Made by a program: the position numbers and the translations under genes. DNA of 63,469 nucleotides, the filler included, from an uncultured Clostridia bacterium (GTDB taxonomy: Bacteria; CAYTYR01; UBA6262), in NCBI GenBank assembly GCA_964441745.1. It is 3 parts of 3 records of this genome, joined end to end, with 100 filler letters (N's around TTAATTAATTAA, not from the genome) between each part and the next. Parts side by side here need not be neighbours in the genome. Positions count along the whole stretch, not along the records: positions 48,777 to 63,469 come from CAYTYR010000033.1; 2 more parts are not named here. One strand, written 5' to 3'. Shown piece after piece: positions 51,004-60,900 of the stretch. Within the stretch, counting starts at the first letter, position 1; every line of letters starts with the position of its first letter. The notes below the pieces were generated by a model. That model saw only the letters and a list, made by a program, of their open reading frames with translations. It was not told where the DNA came from and made no database searches.

Positions 51004-51462
51004 TTAATCCAATTGTGCGGCCTTCTTTAGATTATCGGCGTCGATTTTGTCTTGCGGCCTGGCGCTCGTCTCTTTTGACCGAATCAGATCGGATCGTGAA
51101 ATAAACGAAATCTTAAGATTATCTAATACCACCATCTCACGGTTCTTCCACGCATCTTCAAATCTAATTCCTGGAATGGACATCATAATATCTACACGCA
51201 AAGGCGGCCTTCCCATCTGATAGAAATAACCCCGTTGCGTAAAGTCATCAGCAGTAAGGTTTACCAATGGAGCGCCAAAATCCTTAAGCGCCGCATATAC
51301 TGCATTCGCATTCTCCGGATCAGTCGCTATTAGTATATCAAGATCTTTCGTAAATCGCGGTTCGCTGTATTTCATAACCGCGTAGCCGCCTACGACAAGA
51401 TAGCGAACTTTATTCTTTTCGAAAAGATTCAACAGTTCTTTGAAGTCGGCATTCGTTAACAT
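51004..51462 (-). CDS. Pol-beta-like nucleotidyltransferase (TA-associated)
   Basis: VVGGYA..Y..PR.TKDLD, K....RPQD..D motifs. Confidence 0.85.
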   Translation of the reverse strand: MLTNADFKELLNLFEKNKVRYLVVGGYAVMKYSEPRFTKDLDILIATDPENANAVYAALKDFGAPLVNLTADDFTQRGYFYQMGRPPLRVDIMMSIPGIRFEDAWKNREMVVLDNLKISFISRSDLIRSKETSARPQDKIDADNLKKAAQLD

Positions 51463-51619
51463 TTTTACCTCTAATCAAAAAATAGTCCCGCAGCATTTCG
51501 GACACTGCCTCAAAAATGGCGCGATCCCCTTGCGATTGCCAAAAACGAATATCAAAGGACCGTCTGTCATCGGTGATACGCTGATAGTTTTCCTGTATTT
51601 TCATTTTATCTCCTGCCAC
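51410..51619 (-). CDS. small partner protein of the nucleotidyltransferase
   Basis: D..FW.S...RLQRTV motif, overlaps the NTase start. Confidence 0.65.
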   Translation of the reverse strand: MAGDKMKIQENYQRITDDRRSFDIRFWQSQGDRAIFEAVSEMLRDYFLIRGKNVNECRLQRTVESFRKE

Positions 51620-51684
51620 TATATCACATATTCAATTTTGCTGGCGTTGAACAACTCTAACAGTTCTTTGAAGTCTTTCTGCAC
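51619..51684 (-). pseudogene. truncated nucleotidyltransferase N-terminus
   Basis: MQKDFKELLELFNASKIEYVI* aligns with the intact DFKELLNLFEKNKVRYLV. Confidence 0.7.
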
Positions 51685-51835
51685 TTCCACAATATTGCCT
51701 CCTGAGCATTTCAACGGCATCAATTCGTTCCCGCGGAGTTTTCTTCAGCCAGTATTGCAAGTCTTCCTCAACGATACTCTTATCGCTCAAATATTTTATT
51801 TTTATGACTTTCTTGTTTAATCTAGACTTTCTCAT
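51632..51835 (-). CDS. small protein paralogous to 51410-51619
   Basis: DLQYWLKKTPRERI..RLQRTV. Confidence 0.65.
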   Translation of the reverse strand: MRKSRLNKKVIKIKYLSDKSIVEEDLQYWLKKTPRERIDAVEMLRRQYCGSAERLQRTVRVVQRQQN

Positions 51836-51964
51836 TAAATCCCCTCAGTAACTATAACATATTGTTTCTATTTGCTAAGCCTTTCACGTTTCAGTGCCCG
51901 ACCCTGTGGTTTCCCCGTGGGTTCTCGCATAATGAACCGATTTTGCATCCAGTAGATTAGATTG

Positions 51965-52591
51965 TTACTTTTTCTTGTATTTAATTAACACACATGTTGC
52001 GCACCAAGCACTCTCTTCAACTTCATATATTTTTGTGCTTTTTGAAGAGACTTGATAATCTTCCCCTAAAATATCTTTAATTTTCTTTTCTATCCGTACT
52101 TTTTTATCTTCAATCTTTTGTTTTGCACTTTTTTGTTTGCCATCATCTGCTGCATCGTAATATCCCAACAAGCCGAATTGAAGTGAAGATTGGTTAGATT
52201 TTGGTTTTAAAAATTGCTTTATCCTTTTTATGTCTTTTTCATATTGTTTAAAATCATAAATAAATAATTTTATTTCAATTACTGCTCTTGGTGTATTATT
52301 GCCCCACCATAGCAATATGTCGACCTTGCCTTTCTCTCTAATATCCTTAGGTAATCTTCCTCTTCCCCGCGCACCTGCATCTTCTATTGTAGCAGTTGAA
52401 CCATGTTCCAAAGTGATATATTTTGACCCATCAATCTCTGACATTTCTTTGGCAACATTTATCGTAATTAGATACTCAGGTGCATTCCAAAGCCAATCAC
52501 CACCAGACCATCTTTCATACTGTTTCTGAGATTTCTTAATTCCAGAAAATGTTGCAGTTATTAGTTTATCAATAGAAATTTGTTTGGACAT
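51965..52591 (-). CDS. putative PD-(D/E)xK nuclease-fold protein
   Basis: PE, GKVDILL..VIEIK motifs; AT-rich. Confidence 0.55.
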   Translation of the reverse strand: MSKQISIDKLITATFSGIKKSQKQYERWSGGDWLWNAPEYLITINVAKEMSEIDGSKYITLEHGSTATIEDAGARGRGRLPKDIREKGKVDILLWWGNNTPRAVIEIKLFIYDFKQYEKDIKRIKQFLKPKSNQSSLQFGLLGYYDAADDGKQKSAKQKIEDKKVRIEKKIKDILGEDYQVSSKSTKIYEVEESAWCATCVLIKYKKK

Positions 52592-52707
52592 TTTATCTCT
52601 CTCATTTTTTATAAAACATAACAAAAATAATTAAAAAAGCAAAGGGGGCTCGCACTGAAAGTTGAAAGTAACGTCCATATCTCTTCTTTAAATAAAATTG
52701 ATAAAAT

Positions 52708-53886
52708 CTAATCTTTTTTTACCCTTCTAAATTGCCTTGTTCCGCTTTGGATGATGTGTTCTTTGGTAAGATCTATCGGAGTTTTAGGATCAGATATTTT
52801 TTCGCCATCAAGTTTGATAGCGCCTTGCTCAAATAACCTCTTTGCTTCTCGTTTCGAAATAGCCATCCCAGAAGCAAAAACCACATCTAATGCAGGTAAT
52901 ACATCCTCATTGAACATCTTTACTATAATATCTGTAGGAAGTTGCCCTTCCTTAAAAACATTTTCGAATTCGGCGCGGGCAAGCTTAGCAGTAGCCTCAT
53001 CATAGAACCTGGCGACCATGGTCTCACCAAGTTTTTTCTTGGCTTCCATGGGGTGTTGTTTTTTGATCTCTGCCACTTCCTCATTAGTCAGTAGTTCATA
53101 ATACCGGTACATCAATTCATCAGTGATGCTCATGGTCTTGCCAAATATTTCCTTAGGTGGTTCAGTGATGCCTATATAATTATTGTAGGACTTGCTCATT
53201 TTGCGAACGCCATCCAGACCTTCCAGTAAAGGCATAGTCAAAACTACCTGTGCGCTTTTCTTACCATAATCACGCATCAATTCCCGGCCCACCAACAGGT
53301 TGAACTTTTGGTCACTGCCGCCGATCTCAACATCCGCATCGATCTGCACAGAATCAAAACCCTGCATCAAAGGATAAAGAAATTCCAAGATGGAGATCGG
53401 AGTCCCTTCCTTATAGCGCTTCTGAAAATCATCTCTTTCCAGCATCCGCGCCACTGTGTAGCGAGAAGCCAGACCGATGATCTCCTTGACACCCATCTTC
53501 CCCAGCCAATGAGAATTATATACTACTTCTAATCTGGCTGGATCCTTATCTAATATCTTAAATACCTGTTGTAAATAGGTCTCCGCATTCCTGGCCACTT
53601 CTTCCGCGGTCAATGGCTTGCGGGTCTCAGAGCGGCCGCTGGGATCACCGATTTGAGCGGTAAAGTCACCTATCAAAAATACCACTTTATGGCCCAATTC
53701 TTGAAACTGCCGCAGCTTAGTAAGAACTACAGTATGCCCTAAATGGATATCCGCGGTCGTAGGATCAACTCCGAATTTGATGCGCAAAGGCCGGTTTTCC
53801 TGCAGTTTTTTAACCAGCTCATCTTCACTGATTAACTCCACCGCGCCCTTTTTTATTAGTTTTAATTGACTGTTTAAATCCTGCAT
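52708..53886 (-). CDS. tyrS: tyrosyl-tRNA synthetase
   Basis: DPT..HLGH, YPLMQGFD, GGSDQ, KMSKS, S4 domain. Confidence 0.98.
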   Translation of the reverse strand: MQDLNSQLKLIKKGAVELISEDELVKKLQENRPLRIKFGVDPTTADIHLGHTVVLTKLRQFQELGHKVVFLIGDFTAQIGDPSGRSETRKPLTAEEVARNAETYLQQVFKILDKDPARLEVVYNSHWLGKMGVKEIIGLASRYTVARMLERDDFQKRYKEGTPISILEFLYPLMQGFDSVQIDADVEIGGSDQKFNLLVGRELMRDYGKKSAQVVLTMPLLEGLDGVRKMSKSYNNYIGITEPPKEIFGKTMSITDELMYRYYELLTNEEVAEIKKQHPMEAKKKLGETMVARFYDEATAKLARAEFENVFKEGQLPTDIIVKMFNEDVLPALDVVFASGMAISKREAKRLFEQGAIKLDGEKISDPKTPIDLTKEHIIQSGTRQFRRVKKD

Positions 53887-54150
53887 ATGGCAAGATATTA
53901 CCACAGGAACTGGCTAATGGCAAGTAAAAATATCGCCAACCCCTGGCTATCCTGATAGCTCATTAAATATATTCAACACCGTTATCTTAATCATATAGTC
54001 GTCAAGCGAGATGGTTCGACAGGCTCACCATTTCATTATAGATTGAGTCCTGAGCTTGTCGAAGGATGAGATTACGCGGATTACAAAAACAGATGACACG
54101 GATTTTAAATCCTGTTGCAAATTTTGGGATAATGTGTTATTATCTTTTTC

Positions 54151-56151
54151 ATGCGCAAAAAACAGGTAATAGTAAGCAGAATTATAATAGCCATACTTCT
54201 CTGCGCTTTAATTGGCGCCGGAGCGGTTTTGCAGCTCTTCCGCAAATATGCCAAAGAGCTTCCTTCTACTACAGCTCTGGAAGAATACAAACCAGGCCTG
54301 ATCACCCGTTTTTATGATATTCATAATGAAGTGATCGCGGAAATGTTCACTGAACGGCGAACCGTAGTACAATTACAAAGAATACCGGTAGACCTGCAAA
54401 ACGCAGTCATTGCTACGGAAGATGAGCGTTTCTTCAGGCATTGGGGTATCGACCTGCGCGGTATTGGCAGAGCCTTCATGAATAATCTCTGCCGGGGCCG
54501 GGTGGTTGAAGGCGGCAGTACTATCACCCAGCAATTGGCCAGGGCCCTTTTTCTAACCCAGGACCGGACCTTCCAGCGCAAGATCAAGGAAGCGTTGTTA
54601 GCGCTGCAAATTGAAAAGAAATATACTAAAGAAGAAATATTGCAGATGTACTTGAATCAGGTGTTTTTTGGCCATGGCGCATATGGTGTCGAACAAGCTT
54701 CCAGGATTTATTTCGGCAAGCATGTTCAGGATTTGAACCTGGCAGAATGCGCACTTTTAGCCGGCTTGCTACGGGCGCCAAAAGCTTACTCTCCGTTTAA
54801 CAAACCTGCTTCAGCCCAGCGCCGGGCCCAGACCGTGTTAGGCCTGATGTATAATCAAAAATATATTTCCAGGGAAGAAAGAGATAAAGCGCTTCAATAT
54901 AAATACTATACCCAGCGTCCAAAATATGTTTCCAATGCTGCTCCATACTTCATTGAAAATATAAAATTGGAACTGGAAGACAAATATGGCACTGATGCGA
55001 TCTATAAAGGTGGCCTGCAGATTTACACTACTCTGGATTTAGGAATGCAGCGTAATGCAGAAATGGCCTTAGACAAGAAATTAAGCCCTTATGATATTAC
55101 TGCTTCCACCGATGCGCCGGTACAATGCGGCTTGATCGCCATTGATCCCAAGAACGGGCAGATCAGAGTTTTGGTTGGCGGTCGTAGTTTTGAAAAAAGC
55201 CAATTCAACCGGGTCACCCAGGCTAAACGTCAGCCAGGCAGCGCTTTTAAAACTTTTGTTTTCACCGCTGCATTGGAAAGTGGCTTAACCCCATCATCGC
55301 TGATCGATGATTCCCCGGTCACCTTGGTAGGAGGAGATGAAAAAGAATGGATCCCGCAAAATTATGATCAGAAATTCTGGGGGCCAACTACCTTGCGCCG
55401 GGCTTTGGAAAATTCCCGCAATGTCTGCGCAGTCAAACTTACGGTACAATTAACGCCGGAAACAGTGGCTATTTATGCCAGGCAATTAGGAATACAAAGC
55501 AAGTTAGGGAATAACTTATCTTTGTCTCTCGGCACCAGTGAAGTAACCCTGCAAGAGATTACCAGTTCTTTTTGTACTTTTGCTAATTATGGCATCAGGA
55601 CTATGCCTTATAGCATAATAATGATCAAAGACGCCAGCGGTAATATATTGGAACAGAACATCCCGGTGGAAGAACCAGTCCTTTCAGAACAAACTACTTA
55701 CCTCATGACTAATTTACTTAAAGGCGTAGTAAAGAATGGCACAGGCTACGCGGCTAGAGCTCTGGGCCGTCCCTGCGCCGGGAAAACCGGCACCAGCAAT
55801 GATTACCGGGATGCCTGGTTCATCGGCTATACTCCGGATTTGGCCTGCGGAGTGTGGATCGGTTATGACGATCATCGGATTATCGGTGAAAAACAAACCG
55901 GCGGAGTGATCGCTTGCCCGATCTGGACAGATTTCATGGAACAGTCCCTGCAAAATATCCCGGCCAGTGATTTTAAGATCCCCTCGAAAATCAAACAGGT
56001 TCAGATAGATTATAAATCAGGATTACTGGCGCCTCCTAATTGGCCAAAACCTTTCCTGGAAAGCTATTTAGCTGGAACAGAGCCTACTGAGTACGCTTCT
56101 CCTAGGATAAGCAAAGAAGAAATAACTGGTGTAGGTGAAGGCGGCTATTAG
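54151..56151 (+). CDS. class A penicillin-binding protein 1A
   Basis: EDERF..H.G, GGSTITQQ, SAFK, SRN and KTG motifs. Confidence 0.96.
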   Translation: MRKKQVIVSRIIIAILLCALIGAGAVLQLFRKYAKELPSTTALEEYKPGLITRFYDIHNEVIAEMFTERRTVVQLQRIPVDLQNAVIATEDERFFRHWGIDLRGIGRAFMNNLCRGRVVEGGSTITQQLARALFLTQDRTFQRKIKEALLALQIEKKYTKEEILQMYLNQVFFGHGAYGVEQASRIYFGKHVQDLNLAECALLAGLLRAPKAYSPFNKPASAQRRAQTVLGLMYNQKYISREERDKALQYKYYTQRPKYVSNAAPYFIENIKLELEDKYGTDAIYKGGLQIYTTLDLGMQRNAEMALDKKLSPYDITASTDAPVQCGLIAIDPKNGQIRVLVGGRSFEKSQFNRVTQAKRQPGSAFKTFVFTAALESGLTPSSLIDDSPVTLVGGDEKEWIPQNYDQKFWGPTTLRRALENSRNVCAVKLTVQLTPETVAIYARQLGIQSKLGNNLSLSLGTSEVTLQEITSSFCTFANYGIRTMPYSIIMIKDASGNILEQNIPVEEPVLSEQTTYLMTNLLKGVVKNGTGYAARALGRPCAGKTGTSNDYRDAWFIGYTPDLACGVWIGYDDHRIIGEKQTGGVIACPIWTDFMEQSLQNIPASDFKIPSKIKQVQIDYKSGLLAPPNWPKPFLESYLAGTEPTEYASPRISKEEITGVGEGGY

Positions 56152-56205
56152 AAACGGCGTATAGCGTATGGCGTATAGCGTATAGCAAAAGCAAGGAGGA
56201 AACAA

Positions 56206-56736
56206 ATGATCATGAAAAATCCGGAATTGAAAGAAGAAGTATTAGTTAAGATGGCGGAGGAGATCTGCCTGGCGGTGAGGACTGCGCCTAAAGCCAAAGG
56301 CCTTGATAATTTAACAACGATGATCGTGTCCGGCAGTGATAAAGATAAAATCGCGGATAAAATGGAAGAGATCGCCAAAAAATATGATCATCAGGGATAT
56401 GTTCGCGATGCCAAAGGTGTCCGCCAGTCACAGGTATTGATCCTGCTTGGCACTAAAATAGATCCAGTTGACCTGAAATTATGCGGGTTATGCGGTAACA
56501 AGGACTGTACGGAAAGCCGGGCGAAGAAAACAGTTTGCATCTTTAATTCCCATGACTTGGGCATTGCGGTTGGAGCGGCAGTGAGCAAAGCGGCGGATCT
56601 GAGGATCGATAACCGGATCATGTACACTGTAGGCTGGGCCGTGCGGGAAATGAATCTGCTGGGAGAAGAAAACAAGATCATTATGGGCATCCCCCTTTCC
56701 GTCAGCGGCAAAAACCCCTTCTTTGATCGCAAATAA
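56206..56736 (+). CDS. ferredoxin-like DUF2148 protein
   Basis: RTAPK..G, CGLCG...C, DLGIAVG, DNRIM, KNPFFDR. Confidence 0.85.
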   Translation: MIMKNPELKEEVLVKMAEEICLAVRTAPKAKGLDNLTTMIVSGSDKDKIADKMEEIAKKYDHQGYVRDAKGVRQSQVLILLGTKIDPVDLKLCGLCGNKDCTESRAKKTVCIFNSHDLGIAVGAAVSKAADLRIDNRIMYTVGWAVREMNLLGEENKIIMGIPLSVSGKNPFFDRK

Positions 56737-56753
56737 CCTGCCTACTGGCAGGT

Positions 56754-56995
56754 GATTACACAGATTACGAAAAGCGATTACACAGATTAAAAATTAATGC
56801 CCTGTGCTATTTTATAGCACAGGGCATTTTATTATCTGCGTAATCCGTTTCTTTAATCCGTGTAATCGTTTTTACAAAAAAAGGATGGGGAAGTCCTTTT
56901 CTATAAATTCAATGTGTTCTATATTACAAATCATTCCTTTAAAGAACTTGCTTGCTTTTAATCAGTGTAATCTCTTTCGTAATCTGTGTAATCAA
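56754..56995. repeat. GATTACACAGATT / AATCTGTGTAATC arrays around a perfect hairpin (56796-56828; probable bidirectional terminator)
   Basis: direct pairs and their reverse complements; aatgccctgtgctat-ttt-atagcacagggcatt. Confidence 0.8.
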
Positions 56996-57007
56996 GTATA
57001 GGATATA

Positions 57008-57931
57008 CTAGAATTTCAAAGAGAGCGAACCGCGGATGGCATCGCCAAGATCGCCATATGGTGTCCAGGCAAAGTCAAAACCAAACATCTGATAGCTAAT
57101 ACCTATCCCAGCGCCTAAACCGCTCAACCCGCCGGTATCTACGCCTGTTTTGTAACCAGTACGCAGCGCCAGAGCTCCTCCCTCACCAAATTTTAACGCA
57201 TACTCCACTCCCGCGCCAAGCATCACATCATTATCATTAGGATAAATAACATCTGCCGCCAAAGTCAAAGCATCATTCAAGATCTTGTATCCAGCGCCGA
57301 CTTTGACCGTCATAGGTAGAGGATCACCTTCATCAATGAACTTGTATTCACTGCCAAGGTTAGTCACTGCCAAGCCGACATTCAATCCTTGAACAGCAGT
57401 CTTCATTATAGCGCCTAAGTCTACGGCTATTCCGCTGGCGCTTTCATCATCTATTTTAGAGCTTAGCATTTTAAGGCTGCCGCCAACCATCAGGGTTTCG
57501 GTAATTTCTTTTCCGTAGGCCACAGCTATCGCCATATCCTGCGCCTTAAAAGTTCCTTCTGCGTCTGCTGTATCAGCTGTCCTTTTTTCCAGGTCGTCCA
57601 TACCGAGCATCGTTATGCCCAGGCCAAACACGCCGACTTTAGTCGGCACCGCGCCACCGACAAAATGATGCGTAATATCCTGAAACCAGTTATTGTAGGT
57701 ATAGAGCACTTCGGTGGATTTAATTCCGCCTAATCCGCCGGGATTCCAATAAAGCGCGCTGACATCATCAGCCACCCCGGTATACACGCCGCCCATAGCC
57801 GTAGCCCTGCCGCCTACCCCAACTTTCAAAAATTGGGCTCCGGAAGTGCCGACTTTGCTGGAAGCAAAGGCGGTTCCAATCAGACAGCACATTATTAAGA
57901 TCACTAACAAAATTCCCCATCCTCTTTTCAT
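57008..57931 (-). CDS. PorV/PorQ-like (FadL-type) outer-membrane beta-barrel
   Basis: signal peptide; FLKVGVGGRATAMG, A.YWNP motifs; C-terminal Phe. Confidence 0.85.
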   Translation of the reverse strand: MKRGWGILLVILIMCCLIGTAFASSKVGTSGAQFLKVGVGGRATAMGGVYTGVADDVSALYWNPGGLGGIKSTEVLYTYNNWFQDITHHFVGGAVPTKVGVFGLGITMLGMDDLEKRTADTADAEGTFKAQDMAIAVAYGKEITETLMVGGSLKMLSSKIDDESASGIAVDLGAIMKTAVQGLNVGLAVTNLGSEYKFIDEGDPLPMTVKVGAGYKILNDALTLAADVIYPNDNDVMLGAGVEYALKFGEGGALALRTGYKTGVDTGGLSGLGAGIGISYQMFGFDFAWTPYGDLGDAIRGSLSLKF

Positions 57932-57992
57932 ACTAATTCCTCCTTCTTTGATTTCTAATAACTCGAATAAAACCGCTAATTACGCGAATACT

Positions 57993-60900
57993 TTATTTCA
58001 AGACCGCGATCTTCACGATCTTTTCATCACCGCCAGCTTCTACTTGCGCTATATACACGCCGCTGGCAATTTCCGAGCCGCCGTCATTCTTACAATTCCA
58101 GATAATATCATGCCAACCCGGTACTTTACCAGATTCGTTGATCTCTCTGACCAGTTCACCAACAATGTTAAAGATCTTGATCTTGACATCACGGGTGGAA
58201 CCAGCCGGGATACCCACTTTAATGGTAAGTTCGGATGCGGCAGTTTTCTTCTTGAACGGATTAGGATACGGATACACCGTATAGCTATCCGGGATTCCCG
58301 AAGGCGCATTAGCTCCGCTCAAGGATTTAAAGGCAGCAAACAGGGAAGCATGATTAACTTCAGCCGAGATAGTCTTGTTGTTCGTATCTACAGTTCTGCC
58401 GGTGTTTTCCAGTACCCAGCCGTTATCTCCCAGGTAGTAGACATCGATCAGGTTTGTGTCAGTGACTAAGGTTGAATCATAGGCAATAGTGACCTTGACG
58501 GTCTTGCCGCTTTGTACCGCAGCGCTGCCTATCTTGAAGTCATAATAGGAGCTGACCTTATCACTGGAGCTTACCCGGCCGACTACTTTACCCTGGGCAT
58601 CAACTATATTAGTAGTATTTACTGCTTTTTGGAAGTTCTTCGGATATCTGGACAGCGCCAGGTTCTTGCCGTTGCTCCTGACAAGTACACCTTGCGCGCT
58701 GGTAATCATCGCGGCGCCAGTTTCAATTGCTTTACTGACTTCAGCATCAATGTTGCCGGTTGGATCATTCGGATCAGTAATAGCTCCCGGCGGTATGGTC
58801 AACTTAGTCGGATCGCTGGTAGATGCTGAGACTGAACCACCCATCAACGGATTGATGATCTGCACATTATAGGCCTCGACTGCAGTATCAAACGTATAGG
58901 TCCCATTACCAACCAAGCCAGTCACATCATGACCCGTGGCCTTCAGGGTAAAGACCTCATCAGCTGCATTTGGTGTAAATACACCGGTTATTTCCTGCTT
59001 ATCCAGAGCCATTTCCAGTTGGGACAAGGAGCCTTGCGCAGTTGCGCCAGGCTGCGCTTTATTCGCTGGATTCGCGACCACTGTAACCACATCAGAAGCT
59101 GCTGCTTCAGTAACTGATTCGGTCGCCCAGAGTCCGATCAGGAATTTTCCAGTTTCATTCTTGACTGCCGCCGCCATAAAGTACGGTGGCTTGTTGACCC
59201 AGGTAATATTCCTGGTCAGGACATCAGTAGCTGCCGCGGCAGTGACTACACTGTTATCGACATAAAGATCTGCACCTTCACTGGCCGCCAGTACTACATA
59301 ATAATTAGTGCCCGGAGTCAGTCCCTCGATATCATACCTTTCTATCTCATTAGTAGCTGAATTAGTGGTAAATGTACCAAAAGTCATAGTGCTGAAATCA
59401 GGCGTGGATACCAGCGGCAGTTCAAATAAAGAACTAGCCACATTCTTGCCAGTAGTATCCTTAATCGTCCCGCCTACTGAAGCGCCGCTTATTAATTGCA
59501 GGTCACCGACAGAAGTGGTGGCATTAGCAGACAGTTCAATATTATTTTTAATATAGGTCGCTGCACCCTTGGAAAATACTTTTAGGGTATACAGATTCTT
59601 CTTGGTACCATTTGGATTCAAGCCCGTAGGGACAACCCCATAAATAGTAAATCTTCCATCAGGGGTCGAGGGTTCTTCCACGCCGCCAAAAGGATCACTA
59701 TAAGTTTGGCTTTGGTTCTGCAACAAGATGTCAGCTACCGGCATTTCGTCGCCTGGGAATGGCATGGCCAATTCCCTGCCGGCGATAGCTAATACCCTGC
59801 CGCTGATATTAGCATTAGCATCTTCAATTACAAAGTTAACATCAGCAGCTAATGGCGCGATGGCGATCTTGGTCTGTTCGCCATATTTAGTTTTAACCCC
59901 GCCCTTCCAGTTTTCGCGGGGACGATAGGCCGCGGTCACATCCCAGAAACCGATCAACGGATTAATTCCTTCGAGAATGAATTTACCGTCTTTATCCGTC
60001 TTAGTCGTGGTCGGTGTCACTTCCTTACGCCCGCCACTGGGTATTGCCGCTATGAGCACATTAGCTACTTTATTGCCAACAGCATCAGTAACATTACCGG
60101 ATATTGTGACTCCGCCTTTTAGCTTGATCGTGCCCAAGTCAACTTCATCAGTTGAATCTGGCACTACAATGCCAGCAATAGTCTGATTAATATAGACTTT
60201 GTTCGAGGTCGATGCGCTAAATCCTGACCCCTGGGTTTTGCCCCCAGAGACGATCTCCAGCATATACGTGCCAGCCGGCAGGTTTCTCATCCTGAAGACA
60301 CCGGTTTTCTGCCCGGCTTGCTTTTCCCAGAACTTAGTCGTATCAGTCGCTGTCGATACAGACACACTGGTTCCGCTCATATCTTCTTCAAACATCTGGG
60401 AACTATCACGCCAACTGCCTTCGATCCAGGGACGGGCTTCACAATGGACACTCACGCCGTTATCATCCGTCACGGCCATACCTGTTTCAGCGTCCACTAG
60501 TTTGGCCTTAATTGATGCGCCCTGGGCCATATTGAACGTACCCAGACTGAGATCAGCGCTGGCCACTATCGCTTCTTTTGATGTTTCTTTATATGCATTT
60601 TTCCACGGGAATATTCTTAACACATAATTCCCGTTAGGCACATGTTTGAGAGTAAAGGACAAACTGCGCTTGGTAGTATTATTGACTCTTTCTGAAGCTG
60701 GCAGCCATTGCCAGTTGGATTGGTCCATAAAGTCCACGCTGGTGCCGCCAAGCTCGGTCTTATTACCGGCAGCGCTGTTTAATGACACAAAGAAATGATC
60801 TTCACCATCACCAGCGACTCCCGTGGTACTTGGGCGCTGGATCGTACCGGTAATATTATAGCCATTGGAGATCTCAAAATTACGCTCGGCGGTATCTCCG

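Noticed and set aside
51895-51925. IS200/IS605-like end hairpin
   Set aside because: Short imperfect hairpin with no transposase or second end.
52708-52960. tyrS 3' end replaced by island integration
   Set aside because: Looks somewhat AT-richer, but the S4 domain is intact and no duplicated att site or integrase is visible.
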